64,000 nt of DNA from Acutalibacteraceae bacterium (lineage in GTDB: Bacteria > Bacillota > Clostridia > Christensenellales > CAG-138): contig CAVIAA010000001.1 of assembly GCA_963640685.1 (NCBI GenBank), positions 2,395-66,394 of the forward strand. Direction: 5' to 3'. A program made the translations under genes and the position numbers. This document shows positions 55,649-64,000 of the stretch, one piece after another; the stretch's first letter is position 1; each line of letters starts with the position of its first letter. Under the pieces are notes generated by a model, which was not told the DNA's origin, did no database searches, and saw only the letters and a list, made by a program, of their open reading frames with translations.

Positions 55649-57463
55649 GTGAAAAAACTTTTGAAAAAATTATTGTCTTGCGCAATGGCAATGACGATGA
55701 CGCTGGGTGTGCTTACGGCAACGGGCACGGCGTTTGCCGAGCAGACAGCAACAGAAGAGACAGCGAACAACGTTAAGCTGGACGTTTCAAAATCCAAGCA
55801 GGCAACCAATCTCGACAGCAGCTTTGAATCCCGCGTTACCCTGTCTCTGCCCTCGGCGGAGTATAAGGGCAATCTGGATGTGGTGTTCGTACTGGACGGC
55901 TCAACAAGCACTGACGAAGATAATCTTGCCCGCAACGCCGCTGTGTTGCTAAAAGAATTGAACGAGTTTGAAAATCTTAACGTAAAGGTCGCCTTGGTGA
56001 TTTTCGGCGGCAGTACCCCGATTCTATACAATGGAAGCGGTGAAGGGCTTGTCCCCCTCACTGGGGACAGTTTAAGCACGATAACAGGTGTGCTTACTGA
56101 TAAATCCTATGATGGCAAACCCGGTCGCAGCGGCAGCAACCTTCAGGCCGGCGTGAAAGAAGCGCAAAGAATACTGGATGCTGACACCGCCGTGGCAAGC
56201 AGCGATAAATATATGATACTCCTTACAGACGGCGGCGCCCGTATGTGGGTGAATGATAAGGGGGAGGCTCTGTTCCAGACGTATGCTCCGAACGGCAGTA
56301 TCCTTTGGAACTCCAACGAGGACTTCTACCAGCGTTACATAGAGCCTGGAAAAACGGAATTGCGTGGGTTCGATGCTGTTTGGAATGCCGGTAATACTGA
56401 TGCCGACTTTGCAAAGTACAAGATGACCGAGGAGCAGAGCAAGGAAGAAGACGCTGTTAGTAAGGCCGCTAATTGGGATACCGTTCTTAATGATGACGAT
56501 TATTACACGGCTCTTGAGGTCTCGACCTACTACGCCGCAACGTCTATTAAAGAGGCTGCTGAAAAATGCCACGTTATTTGGGTGGATTATCCCTACCACG
56601 ATGGTAAATATGCAGAGTATACCAATTCCTTCAAGTCCTGGCTGGCGACTAACGGATACATTACGCGGTACGACAGCACAGAGACGACGACAACGACAAC
56701 GGCGAGCAGCGCCATTCAGACCGCTTCGATAGAGCAGCCCGTAGCCGTTGCGTTAAAGGCGATGAGTACGAGCGTGACTTTTACGGCAAATAATATCGAT
56801 TCGACCGGCGGAACGGGCACGAGCAGCATTGGAATTTTTGAAAAGGTAAAAGATCAGCTCGTTCAGGTCGTTGCCGCGGGGTCTAAAGTGATTGACTACA
56901 TGGGCTATGTTGCGAATGATTACAACATGGACTTCATAAACGACATAAGCAAGCTGGAGCTGACGGTGAACGGTAGCGCGCTCAATAAGACTAAAATTAG
57001 TAATAACAGCTACGGCTTCGGGAAAAATGAAGATGGGTCTGATTCCTACCGCTATGTACTTACTTATACCCGGGACACTGCTGCCGACGATGAACACTTT
57101 ACTTGGGAAATAAACGAAGCAATCACCAAGGATATGAAGGTTCAGCTTACGTACAGCGTTAAGCTGACCAACCCCAAGAGCGCGAGCGGCACCTACGGCG
57201 AGTATGACGCATACGGAACGAATAACTTCAGTGGATTGTATACCAACAACCAATCCGTGCTTACACCGGTGGACAGCAACGGTAAAATAAGGCCGAATGA
57301 GGAGTTCGCAAAGCCGACGGTTTCATATACCGTAAGAAGCGGCAGCGACGGAAGATATTACCCGACGCCGACGCCGTCTCCCGTTCCGGTTGCGGTCGTT
57401 CTGCCCAAGACCGGCGATATGACGATATGGCAAAGCATACTCAGCTTCTTCGGGATAGAATAA
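55649..57463 (+). CDS. Secreted vWA-domain surface protein with an LPKTG sorting motif
   Basis: GTG start after GGAGGTG. Signal peptide ...GTAFA-EQ. MIDAS-type VVFVLDGSTSTD. A C-terminal beta-rich domain, a PTPTPSP linker and LPKTGD plus a short hydrophobic tail. Confidence 0.78.
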   Translation: MKKLLKKLLSCAMAMTMTLGVLTATGTAFAEQTATEETANNVKLDVSKSKQATNLDSSFESRVTLSLPSAEYKGNLDVVFVLDGSTSTDEDNLARNAAVLLKELNEFENLNVKVALVIFGGSTPILYNGSGEGLVPLTGDSLSTITGVLTDKSYDGKPGRSGSNLQAGVKEAQRILDADTAVASSDKYMILLTDGGARMWVNDKGEALFQTYAPNGSILWNSNEDFYQRYIEPGKTELRGFDAVWNAGNTDADFAKYKMTEEQSKEEDAVSKAANWDTVLNDDDYYTALEVSTYYAATSIKEAAEKCHVIWVDYPYHDGKYAEYTNSFKSWLATNGYITRYDSTETTTTTTASSAIQTASIEQPVAVALKAMSTSVTFTANNIDSTGGTGTSSIGIFEKVKDQLVQVVAAGSKVIDYMGYVANDYNMDFINDISKLELTVNGSALNKTKISNNSYGFGKNEDGSDSYRYVLTYTRDTAADDEHFTWEINEAITKDMKVQLTYSVKLTNPKSASGTYGEYDAYGTNNFSGLYTNNQSVLTPVDSNGKIRPNEEFAKPTVSYTVRSGSDGRYYPTPTPSPVPVAVVLPKTGDMTIWQSILSFFGIE

Positions 57464-57479
57464 AATAAACGCGCAAACG

Positions 57480-57516
57480 AAAAGGGGCGGCTCGCTGAGC
57501 CGCCCCAATGTTTTTT
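57480..57516. terminator. Bidirectional terminator
   Basis: AAAAGGGGCGGCTC-gct-GAGCCGCCCCAATGTTTTTT. Confidence 0.85.
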
Positions 57517-57530
57517 GCTTTGCTGCCGGT

Positions 57531-58985
57531 TTAACCCGTGTATCCAAGCTCGGCAAACCAGTCGCTTTCGGGCTTGCCGTCGATCTGCCATACGGAGTCG
57601 GCGTCATCGCCCTTGCTTATCTCGATCTTGGCGGTGCGCCCGTCCTCGGTCATGAGGTCAACGTAGCTCTGCATATCCGTTCCCATCAGGAGGAAACGGT
57701 CGCCCTTCTTGCCCTCGCCGGTGCTCTCATCGCCGTAGGTCAGCTTAAGGCCGCTCTTGCTGAGCTCAAGCGCCGCATCGTCCCATGCCTCGGAGAAGTT
57801 CTCGTAAACCACGCTGTAATCGCCGCTGCGAACGAAGCCAAACTCGTCTCCGTTTTCGCCTGTTGCGAGCATGAGGTTGCAGGAGGCGGTGTACTTGCCG
57901 AGCATGCTTATCTCGGTAAGGAGGCTTACGCTGCCGTTGCCGTGTACGCCGGTCACGACGCCGTCAATGGCGGCTTTCTTGAGCTGTCCGTCCTGAATCC
58001 TGTATACGTAGGTGATGTTGTTGCCGGAGTCTGCCTTGCCGTAGATGTAAAGCTCGGTGTACTCATCGCCTACCGTGGTGTTGCCGATATGTATGCTGTC
58101 GTTGCTGAGCACGAGGGACTCTATTTCGTCCTTTACCTCGCTGCCGTCGATATCAAAGCTGACGGTAACGCTGCTCTCGCCGCTCTGGGTAACGGTAAAG
58201 TCGACATAATCCGCGTTCTCGCCCGCGTGGAGTGAATCCTTGCTGCCGATGTCAACGCCCTTCCACTGGTATATACCAAGCTCATTTTCGTTAACTGCCG
58301 ATTTTACGCTGTATTTGAACTGACCGGCGTTGTCCGCATCCTGCAGTACAAATACCATTCCGCCCAGCCTTTCGCCGTTGCCGAGGTAAAGCCCGGTGTT
58401 TACGGTCACATAGTCGCCTTCCTTTACGATGCTCTCGATAACGGTCAGCGTATCGCCGCTGTCGGAAGGCGCCAGCTTAAGCGTCTCGGTCGCTTCGTCG
58501 TAGGTGATGTAGTCAGCGTAGAGCTCGGGAATCGAGCGCAGGTCGCGGCTGCCGAATGCCGCAGCGGCGTAGTCCTGCATCGTAGTCTCGGCCACGGTAA
58601 CATAACCCTGCTCGTCCTCGGTAACGGTGGGCTCTTCTGCCTCGGGCTGTATGCTCATGCCCCAGTTTACGCCGGTGAGGTAGAGGGCGGACCAGAAAAA
58701 CGTAAGGTCGCTCGGGTCATATTCGGAGTCGCTGTCTATCCCGATGGAGCGCAGTATGGAGTCCATTATGGGCAGCATGGCGTTTACGGCCTTTGTATCC
58801 TCGTCGCTCAGCGGGCTTTCGTCCAGAGAGACAGGCTCCTCGGGCCTGATCTGCCCGGCAGAGATTACCTCCTGCTCCTGCGCCGGCTGCTCGCTCTCGG
58901 CGGTTTTGTCGCTTGTAGTTTGGTTCGGTGTGCAGGCTGATACGCAGAGCATAACTGCTATGATCACAGCAAACAGCTTTTTCAT
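57531..58985 (-). CDS. Acidic lipoprotein of unknown function
   Basis: MKKLFAVIIAVMLCVSAC lipobox. 484 aa, D/E/G/S-rich, with no motif I recognise. Confidence 0.6.
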   Translation of the reverse strand: MKKLFAVIIAVMLCVSACTPNQTTSDKTAESEQPAQEQEVISAGQIRPEEPVSLDESPLSDEDTKAVNAMLPIMDSILRSIGIDSDSEYDPSDLTFFWSALYLTGVNWGMSIQPEAEEPTVTEDEQGYVTVAETTMQDYAAAAFGSRDLRSIPELYADYITYDEATETLKLAPSDSGDTLTVIESIVKEGDYVTVNTGLYLGNGERLGGMVFVLQDADNAGQFKYSVKSAVNENELGIYQWKGVDIGSKDSLHAGENADYVDFTVTQSGESSVTVSFDIDGSEVKDEIESLVLSNDSIHIGNTTVGDEYTELYIYGKADSGNNITYVYRIQDGQLKKAAIDGVVTGVHGNGSVSLLTEISMLGKYTASCNLMLATGENGDEFGFVRSGDYSVVYENFSEAWDDAALELSKSGLKLTYGDESTGEGKKGDRFLLMGTDMQSYVDLMTEDGRTAKIEISKGDDADSVWQIDGKPESDWFAELGYTG

Positions 58986-59317
58986 GTTTTTCCTCCTTAA
59001 AAATTAAAAAAGGTGAAAGCAATGCTTCCGCAAGCTATTATAACACCTGCCGTGGCTTTTGTGTTTTAATAATTCGTTAAAAGTTACAACATTAGTTTTT
59101 TGAACCGCACCGAAAACGACATGATATACTCGCGGCTGTCAAATTCAGTACAATTTTGCAATAACCGAAAAAAGGCCGGAATGCGGCGGCTTTTCGCAGA
59201 ACAGATTGAGCCGTGCCACATGCCTTTTACATTTCATTATTTGTTAATTTGCTTTGTTGGTGGTTATGTATTAAAATCCAGTGTGAGTCATAAGGTTCGT
59301 TAAAGGAGCGGTGATAG

Positions 59318-60067
59318 ATGGACAGCATACCCAAGGTCAGGGCAGAGGCGAAGCAGAAGCCGATAATCGACCTGAGGAACGTTAAAAAGATATACCGCGT
59401 TGGCAGCGTTGACGTGCACGCGCTAAGGGGGGTAGACCTCCAGATAATGCCCGGGGAGTTTTGCTGCATGATCGGTCGAAGCGGCAGCGGCAAATCCACC
59501 CTGCTGAACATGCTTGCGGGGCTGGAGCCCGTTACCTCCGGCGAGGTGGTCATAAACGGCAAGCACCTTGAGCGGATGACGCAGGCGGAGCTGATACTCT
59601 TTAGGCAGAAGTACGTCGGGTTTATATTTCAGTCTTTTAACCTGATGCCGTACTACACAGCCCTTGAAAACGTTGCGTTTCCGCTCTCGTTCAGGGGCGT
59701 TCCGTATGAAAAGCGCATGAGCCTTGCAAAAAAGGCGCTTAAGGACGTTGGCCTGGAGAGCCACATGCAGCACATGCCGGGGCAAATGTCCGGTGGTCAG
59801 CAGCAGCGCGTCGGCATCGCCCGCGCCTTGGTGACAGATCCGGAAATAATCTTTGCGGATGAGCCGACGGGCAACCTGGATTCCAAGACGTCGGACGAGG
59901 TGATGCGGAGCATGTGCGAAACGGTCAAGAGCCACGGCAAGACCTTCATAATGGTAACACACGATCCGAACATGGCGGCTTATGCCGACAAGGTCATAAA
60001 CATACTGGATGGGCGCATAACCGATACCTACTACAACGAGCACAAAAACGGCGGAGGAAAAGAATGA
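59318..60067 (+). CDS. ABC transporter ATP-binding protein (MacB/LolD/FtsE-type)
   Basis: [25 protein letters not shown]-type [27 protein letters not shown] and VTHD. Confidence 0.92.
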   Translation: MDSIPKVRAEAKQKPIIDLRNVKKIYRVGSVDVHALRGVDLQIMPGEFCCMIGRSGSGKSTLLNMLAGLEPVTSGEVVINGKHLERMTQAELILFRQKYVGFIFQSFNLMPYYTALENVAFPLSFRGVPYEKRMSLAKKALKDVGLESHMQHMPGQMSGGQQQRVGIARALVTDPEIIFADEPTGNLDSKTSDEVMRSMCETVKSHGKTFIMVTHDPNMAAYADKVINILDGRITDTYYNEHKNGGGKE

Positions 60068-61815
60068 AACGGGTTATTACTGTAATTCTGGCGATAATGA
60101 TGGTGCTTTCTGTAAGCAGCTTTGCATATGCGGAGAATGTCACCATCAGCGGTGCAAAAGAGAACAGCTATGTTGAAAACAACGGCAGCGTCAGCATGAA
60201 CATCCAAATAAATAACCAGACCGGCAAATCGCTGCAGTTGGTGTCCATTCAACCGAACGGCGGATATCTTACCAGTGTTTCTTTTCCGACAGATAAGGAC
60301 AGCTCGAGGGCGACTATTCCGTTCGGAAGTAGCATACTGAATATCACGGCGAACACCGGCGGTTCAGGAGAGACTCCGGGTACCCTGACATTTTATTTTT
60401 ACTATGTCGACGATGGAGGCGAAAGCCACCCGGAAACGGCTACATATAGCGGATTTACGGTGGCGGAGCATATCGAACCTTCAACGACTCCGACAAGCAG
60501 CGCTTCGCCGCAGGCAACTGCTTCGCCGGAGAAAAAGGAAGATTCCGAGTTCAGAATAAAGACCACCAACATCGACTCCTACGGTCAGCTGGTGCCTACT
60601 CCTTCCGGCGACTACGGCGAGACGATAGGCGTTCGCCTGCCGCTCACCTGCACAAAGGGCATGGTATACGACATAAAGGTCTCTCCCGTGCTGAGCACGG
60701 ATATTGAAAAGTTTCCCTTTGATATAGACCTCGTGGACTATAACCTGAGCTACCCGAACAGCCTTTACGCAGGGGCGGTCGTCGAGTTCAACTATACTTG
60801 GCGGCTGAGCAAAAAGGCAACGGTCGGCGTAAAGCAGGTTGACTTTAACGTGACCTACCGAAACGAGGACGGCGACCTTAAGACCGGCACGGTAAGCCTG
60901 TTTGTAAACGTTCGCAAGGGGCTTTCCGCAAGCACCGACAAGGACGCTACCGCCTCAGTGCCGAAGCTGATTATCGAAAGCTATAAGTTGAGCTCGGATA
61001 AGATATACGCGGGCGAGACCTTTAACCTTGAGTTTACAGTAAAGAATACCTCAAGCGAGACCGGCCTGCAGAACATTCAGATACACATTAAGGACGCCGC
61101 GGAGACCGCGACCATAGTTCCCGCAAGCGGCGGCAGCAATACCCTCTACATAAGCAAAATAGCAAAGGGGGAGAGCAGCGCGCAGAAGGTCGCCCTTCAA
61201 ACCGCGCCCGATGCCGCGGCAAAGGCGTATACCCTGAGCGTGGATTTCAGCTATGAATCCGCAGACACAAACGCCGCGCACACCGCAAATGAGACCATAG
61301 CGGTGCCGATACTGCAAAAAATACGCCTCAAGTGCGATGAGCCGACGGTATACGACGAGGTATCCTACATCGATTCCAGCACGAGTATGTCGGTCAAGAT
61401 GTACAATATGGGTCGCTCCAGCGTGTACAACTGCGCGGTTGACGTTGAGGGCGAGGGGCTGAAGCTCGAAGAAAGCTACTTTGGCGGTACCCTTACGGCG
61501 GGCTCTACTCTTGCCGCTGATATATCCGTTATACCCTCTGTTGCGGGGGATATAAGCGGCAATATCGTGATATCCTACGAGGACGTATACGGCGAGCCGG
61601 GGGAGGAGATGCTGCCCTTTACGCTGCATGTTGAGGATCCCAACGCCGGGATGGAGGAGGACATGGTGAGCGTTGTTGAGCCGGAGCCGGAGCCGAGCAA
61701 GGGCTTGCCCTGGTGGGGCTGGGCGCTTGGCACGGGCGCACTGGGCGGCGGTGGCTTCTTTGGCTGGAAAAAGCTGAAAAAGCGCAGGGAGCGCAGCTTG
61801 GAGGACGAGGTATAA
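60064..61815 (+). CDS. Multi-beta-sandwich (CARDB/COG1361-like) surface protein with a C-terminal TM anchor
   Basis: The ATG overlaps the upstream stop (ATGA). Signal peptide ...SSFAYA-EN. About four ~100-aa beta-rich repeats (e.g. IYAGETFNLEFTVKNTS). C-terminal GLPWWGWALGTGALGGGGFFGW-KKLKKRRER. Confidence 0.6.
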   Translation: MKRVITVILAIMMVLSVSSFAYAENVTISGAKENSYVENNGSVSMNIQINNQTGKSLQLVSIQPNGGYLTSVSFPTDKDSSRATIPFGSSILNITANTGGSGETPGTLTFYFYYVDDGGESHPETATYSGFTVAEHIEPSTTPTSSASPQATASPEKKEDSEFRIKTTNIDSYGQLVPTPSGDYGETIGVRLPLTCTKGMVYDIKVSPVLSTDIEKFPFDIDLVDYNLSYPNSLYAGAVVEFNYTWRLSKKATVGVKQVDFNVTYRNEDGDLKTGTVSLFVNVRKGLSASTDKDATASVPKLIIESYKLSSDKIYAGETFNLEFTVKNTSSETGLQNIQIHIKDAAETATIVPASGGSNTLYISKIAKGESSAQKVALQTAPDAAAKAYTLSVDFSYESADTNAAHTANETIAVPILQKIRLKCDEPTVYDEVSYIDSSTSMSVKMYNMGRSSVYNCAVDVEGEGLKLEESYFGGTLTAGSTLAADISVIPSVAGDISGNIVISYEDVYGEPGEEMLPFTLHVEDPNAGMEEDMVSVVEPEPEPSKGLPWWGWALGTGALGGGGFFGWKKLKKRRERSLEDEV

Positions 61816-63111
61816 ATGCGCCTTTCGGATATACTCAGGACGGCCTTTTTGAACCTTTGGCGGCGAAAGCTGCGCGCCGTGCTCACCGTGCTCGGAATGG
61901 TCATAGGTGTAGCCTCGATAGTCGTTATGATGAGCCTTGGCATCGGAATCAAGCAATCCACGGTGGAGAGCTATGCCCAAATGGGCAGCCTTACCAACAT
62001 CACAGTAATGCGCTGGAGCTACCGCGAAACCGAGACCGGCGGAACCAGCACCGAGAAAAGGCTGGACAAAAAGGCGGTTGAAACAATTAAAAAAATACCC
62101 GGCGTTAAGGCTGTTATGCCGCGGATACAAGCATACGGAATGCTAAAGAGCGGAAAGTGGGTAGCGGATTGCAGCATTATGGCCATCGACAGCACGGCGG
62201 CGGAGGAGTTTGGCATTGAGCTTTCCGAGGGACGGTACCCGAAGTATAAGCGGGGCAGCTCAAGCTATGAAATAGTTCTCAGCCAAGATGTTTTAAACTG
62301 GTTTTACGACCCGAACAGCGGCAAGCAGGCCGTTGACAGGGACGGCAACCCAAAGGTCACGATGGATTCAAAATTCCAGCTCACCTTTGACTATAGCAAC
62401 GTATACAACAACATGAATACCACAGAGGGCGAGGAGCAGCAAAAGGGGCAGATGTACCGCATCGAGCCTGTCGGCATGATTTCGCCGAATAACAACGACT
62501 TTTCGTGGTATTGCCTCATGGATATCGAGGCAGTTCAAAAGCTCGCGAGGGAAAACAGCAGCTTTATGCAGCTGGATACAAAGAACTACAATCAGGTTCT
62601 CGTAAAGTGCGAAAGCACCGATGACGTTTCCTCCGTTAAGGCCGCGATAGACGAGATGGGTTACGGAACAAGCTCGCTTCAGGATGCGCTTGAGCAGGCG
62701 GAAAAGCAGATGCAGCAGATACAGTATCTGCTCGGCGCGATAGGCGGCGTTTCGCTGCTCGTTGCCGCGATAGGCATAATGAACACCATGATGATGAGCA
62801 TATACGAGCGGACAAAGGAGATAGGCATAATTAAGGTTCTCGGCTGCCGTATGGATAACATTGCGGCGCTGTTCCTGACCGAGGCTGCGTATATCGGCCT
62901 GTTTGGCGGGGCGGCGGGCTTAGGCATAAGCTACGGCATTTCCGCCGTTATAAATCACTTTGTATCCTCAAGCGGCTTTAAGAGCGTTATCCCGTTTTAC
63001 CTCGCAGCGGGTGCCGTGGTCTTTTCGGTCACGGTTGCGCTGCTTTCCGGCCTTTACCCCGCCTTCAGGGCAATGCGCCTCAGCCCGCTAAATGCGATAA
63101 GAAACGAATAG
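61816..63111 (+). CDS. ABC transporter permease, FtsX/MacB type
   Basis: The start abuts the upstream stop. MacB-like extracytoplasmic domain between TM1 and TM2, and a C-terminal FtsX domain (...IGIMNTMMMSIYERTKEIGIIKVLG...). Confidence 0.88.
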   Translation: MRLSDILRTAFLNLWRRKLRAVLTVLGMVIGVASIVVMMSLGIGIKQSTVESYAQMGSLTNITVMRWSYRETETGGTSTEKRLDKKAVETIKKIPGVKAVMPRIQAYGMLKSGKWVADCSIMAIDSTAAEEFGIELSEGRYPKYKRGSSSYEIVLSQDVLNWFYDPNSGKQAVDRDGNPKVTMDSKFQLTFDYSNVYNNMNTTEGEEQQKGQMYRIEPVGMISPNNNDFSWYCLMDIEAVQKLARENSSFMQLDTKNYNQVLVKCESTDDVSSVKAAIDEMGYGTSSLQDALEQAEKQMQQIQYLLGAIGGVSLLVAAIGIMNTMMMSIYERTKEIGIIKVLGCRMDNIAALFLTEAAYIGLFGGAAGLGISYGISAVINHFVSSSGFKSVIPFYLAAGAVVFSVTVALLSGLYPAFRAMRLSPLNAIRNE

Positions 63112-63143
63112 AGAACCAAATAAAAGAGCAAAGGAGGGATATT

Positions 63144-63533
63144 ATGAAAAGCGTAAAACCAGGGCGCGGCCCGTCGGGGCTTGGCGCAATAGGCTCGATA
63201 ATAGGGGTGCTGTTCGGAATATTCTGGACAATAAATGCGGTTCAGATGGGCGCACCTGCGGCGTTTGCGGCCTTCGGTGTGCTGTTTGTGATAATGGGCA
63301 TCGTCAACGCCGTGTATAATTACAAAAACGCAACGGGCAAGAACAGATATTCCTCATTTGACATAACCGACGAGGGCGAGGAGACTGACCCTCTTCAGGC
63401 TCGCTTTGGCGGGCAGAGCAGCGGCGAAGGGAACACCGCCACATCCGCTGCGGCTTATTGCCCATACTGCGGCTGCGGGGTCGACGGCGATTACGAATAT
63501 TGCCCCAAATGCGGCAAAAAGCTACCAAAATAA
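63144..63533 (+). CDS. Two-TM membrane protein with a C-terminal zinc ribbon
   Basis: AAGGAGGG RBS. Two hydrophobic segments, and CPYCG...CPKCG at the C-terminus. Confidence 0.55.
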   Translation: MKSVKPGRGPSGLGAIGSIIGVLFGIFWTINAVQMGAPAAFAAFGVLFVIMGIVNAVYNYKNATGKNRYSSFDITDEGEETDPLQARFGGQSSGEGNTATSAAAYCPYCGCGVDGDYEYCPKCGKKLPK

Positions 63534-63596
63534 ATCGCCGATAAGGCTCAATACAACGGCATATCGAGCATACCTGAGATAGAAAGGACCTCAGCC

Positions 63597-64000
63597 ATGA
63601 CGGAGAACAGCAGGGTGATGCGAAAGAAATTCAAAGATGCGGAAATATCCGCACTGGGCTTTGGCGGCTTTCGCTGGCCGATGGATCCGGCTGAGCCAAA
63701 GCACATCGACAGAGCCAAGGGGCATGCGCTCGTTGACGAGTGCTTTTCTTGCGGCATAAACTACTTTGACACCGCCTATACCTATCAGCAGGGCGATTCC
63801 GAGCGCTTCTTTGGCGAAAGCCTGACTCGCTACCCGAGGGACAGCTATTTTCTTGCAACTAAGTTTTACGTTGTCGCGAACCCAAACATTGAGAAGGTGT
63901 TTGAGGAGCAGCTTCGCCGATGCAGGGCAGAGTATTTTGACTTTTACCTGATACACTGCATGGACGAAAACAATATGCCAGCATATATGAACCCGGCAAA
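63597..64000 (+). CDS. Aldo/keto reductase (3' end outside window)
   Basis: Not in the track because no stop lies in the window. My translation from the ATG at 63597 gives ...ISALGFGGFRW...GINYFDTAYTYQQGDSERFFGESL...FLATKF...DFYLIHC, which are AKR signatures. Confidence 0.8.
   Translation, partial: MTENSRVMRKKFKDAEISALGFGGFRWPMDPAEPKHIDRAKGHALVDECFSCGINYFDTAYTYQQGDSERFFGESLTRYPRDSYFLATKFYVVANPNIEKVFEEQLRRCRAEYFDFYLIHCMDENNMPAYMNPA

Noticed and set aside
59100-59303. 67-aa ORF in the intergenic region upstream of the ABC operon.
   Set aside because: It has no RBS, sits in an AT-rich promoter-like region and has an implausible sequence. It probably overlaps the ABC promoter.
61051-62130. 359-aa minus-strand ORF.
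   Set aside because: It is antisense to the surface protein/FtsX permease junction.
1-64000. Search for CRISPR arrays, IS elements, integrases, prophage or toxin-antitoxin/defence modules.
   Set aside because: No spaced direct repeats, transposase or recombinase-like ORFs, or recognisable defence genes were seen. The lone tRNA-Glu has no flanking integrase or att-like duplication.

Overview
This is a 64-kb stretch of a Firmicutes/Clostridia-type chromosome with moderately high G+C (about 55-60% by eye). The lineage call rests on pro-sigma-K, mreBCD-PBP2, a valS T-box, an L20-type leader before infC, an LPXTG protein and many lipoproteins. I call about 66 protein genes, one tRNA-Glu(CUC), two RNA leaders, two SECIS-like hairpins, and several promoters and terminators. 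I saw no CRISPR array, rRNA, transposase, integrase or phage genes.

Most of the window is core housekeeping: valS, efp, infC-rpmI-rplT, plsY, pgsA, thrC, dapB, maf, mreBCD, PBP2, psuGK and sigK.

The main signal is selenium biology.
- selD (53302..54342) carries an in-frame UGA at its active-site position.
- A second in-frame UGA sits exactly on the first Cys of a TlpA/ResA-type CxxC motif in an exported thioredoxin-fold protein (25457..26365). The ORF track splits this protein into two pieces.
- Both UGAs are followed at the same distance by a 6-bp hairpin with a GNGUG loop.
- The candidate UxxC selenoprotein heads a tightly overlapping four-gene operon. The other members are an untracked 46-aa membrane CxxC micro-protein, a NapH-like membrane polyferredoxin and a GNAT.
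- I propose this operon as an uncharacterised transmembrane electron-relay / extracytoplasmic selenol-thiol reductase system.

Secondary points:
- a LysR-TSUP permease pair divergent from selD;
- two possible leaderless mRNAs;
- an orphan ApbE/FMN-lipoprotein module;
- a thrC-apgM-like-ACT operon;
- a lower-GC XRE + vWA/LPXTG islet;
- a MacB-type ABC operon with an embedded beta-sandwich surface protein;
- an unusual ATA/AGG codon bias that produces many long antisense ORFs.

All functional calls come from motif recognition by eye. No searches were run.
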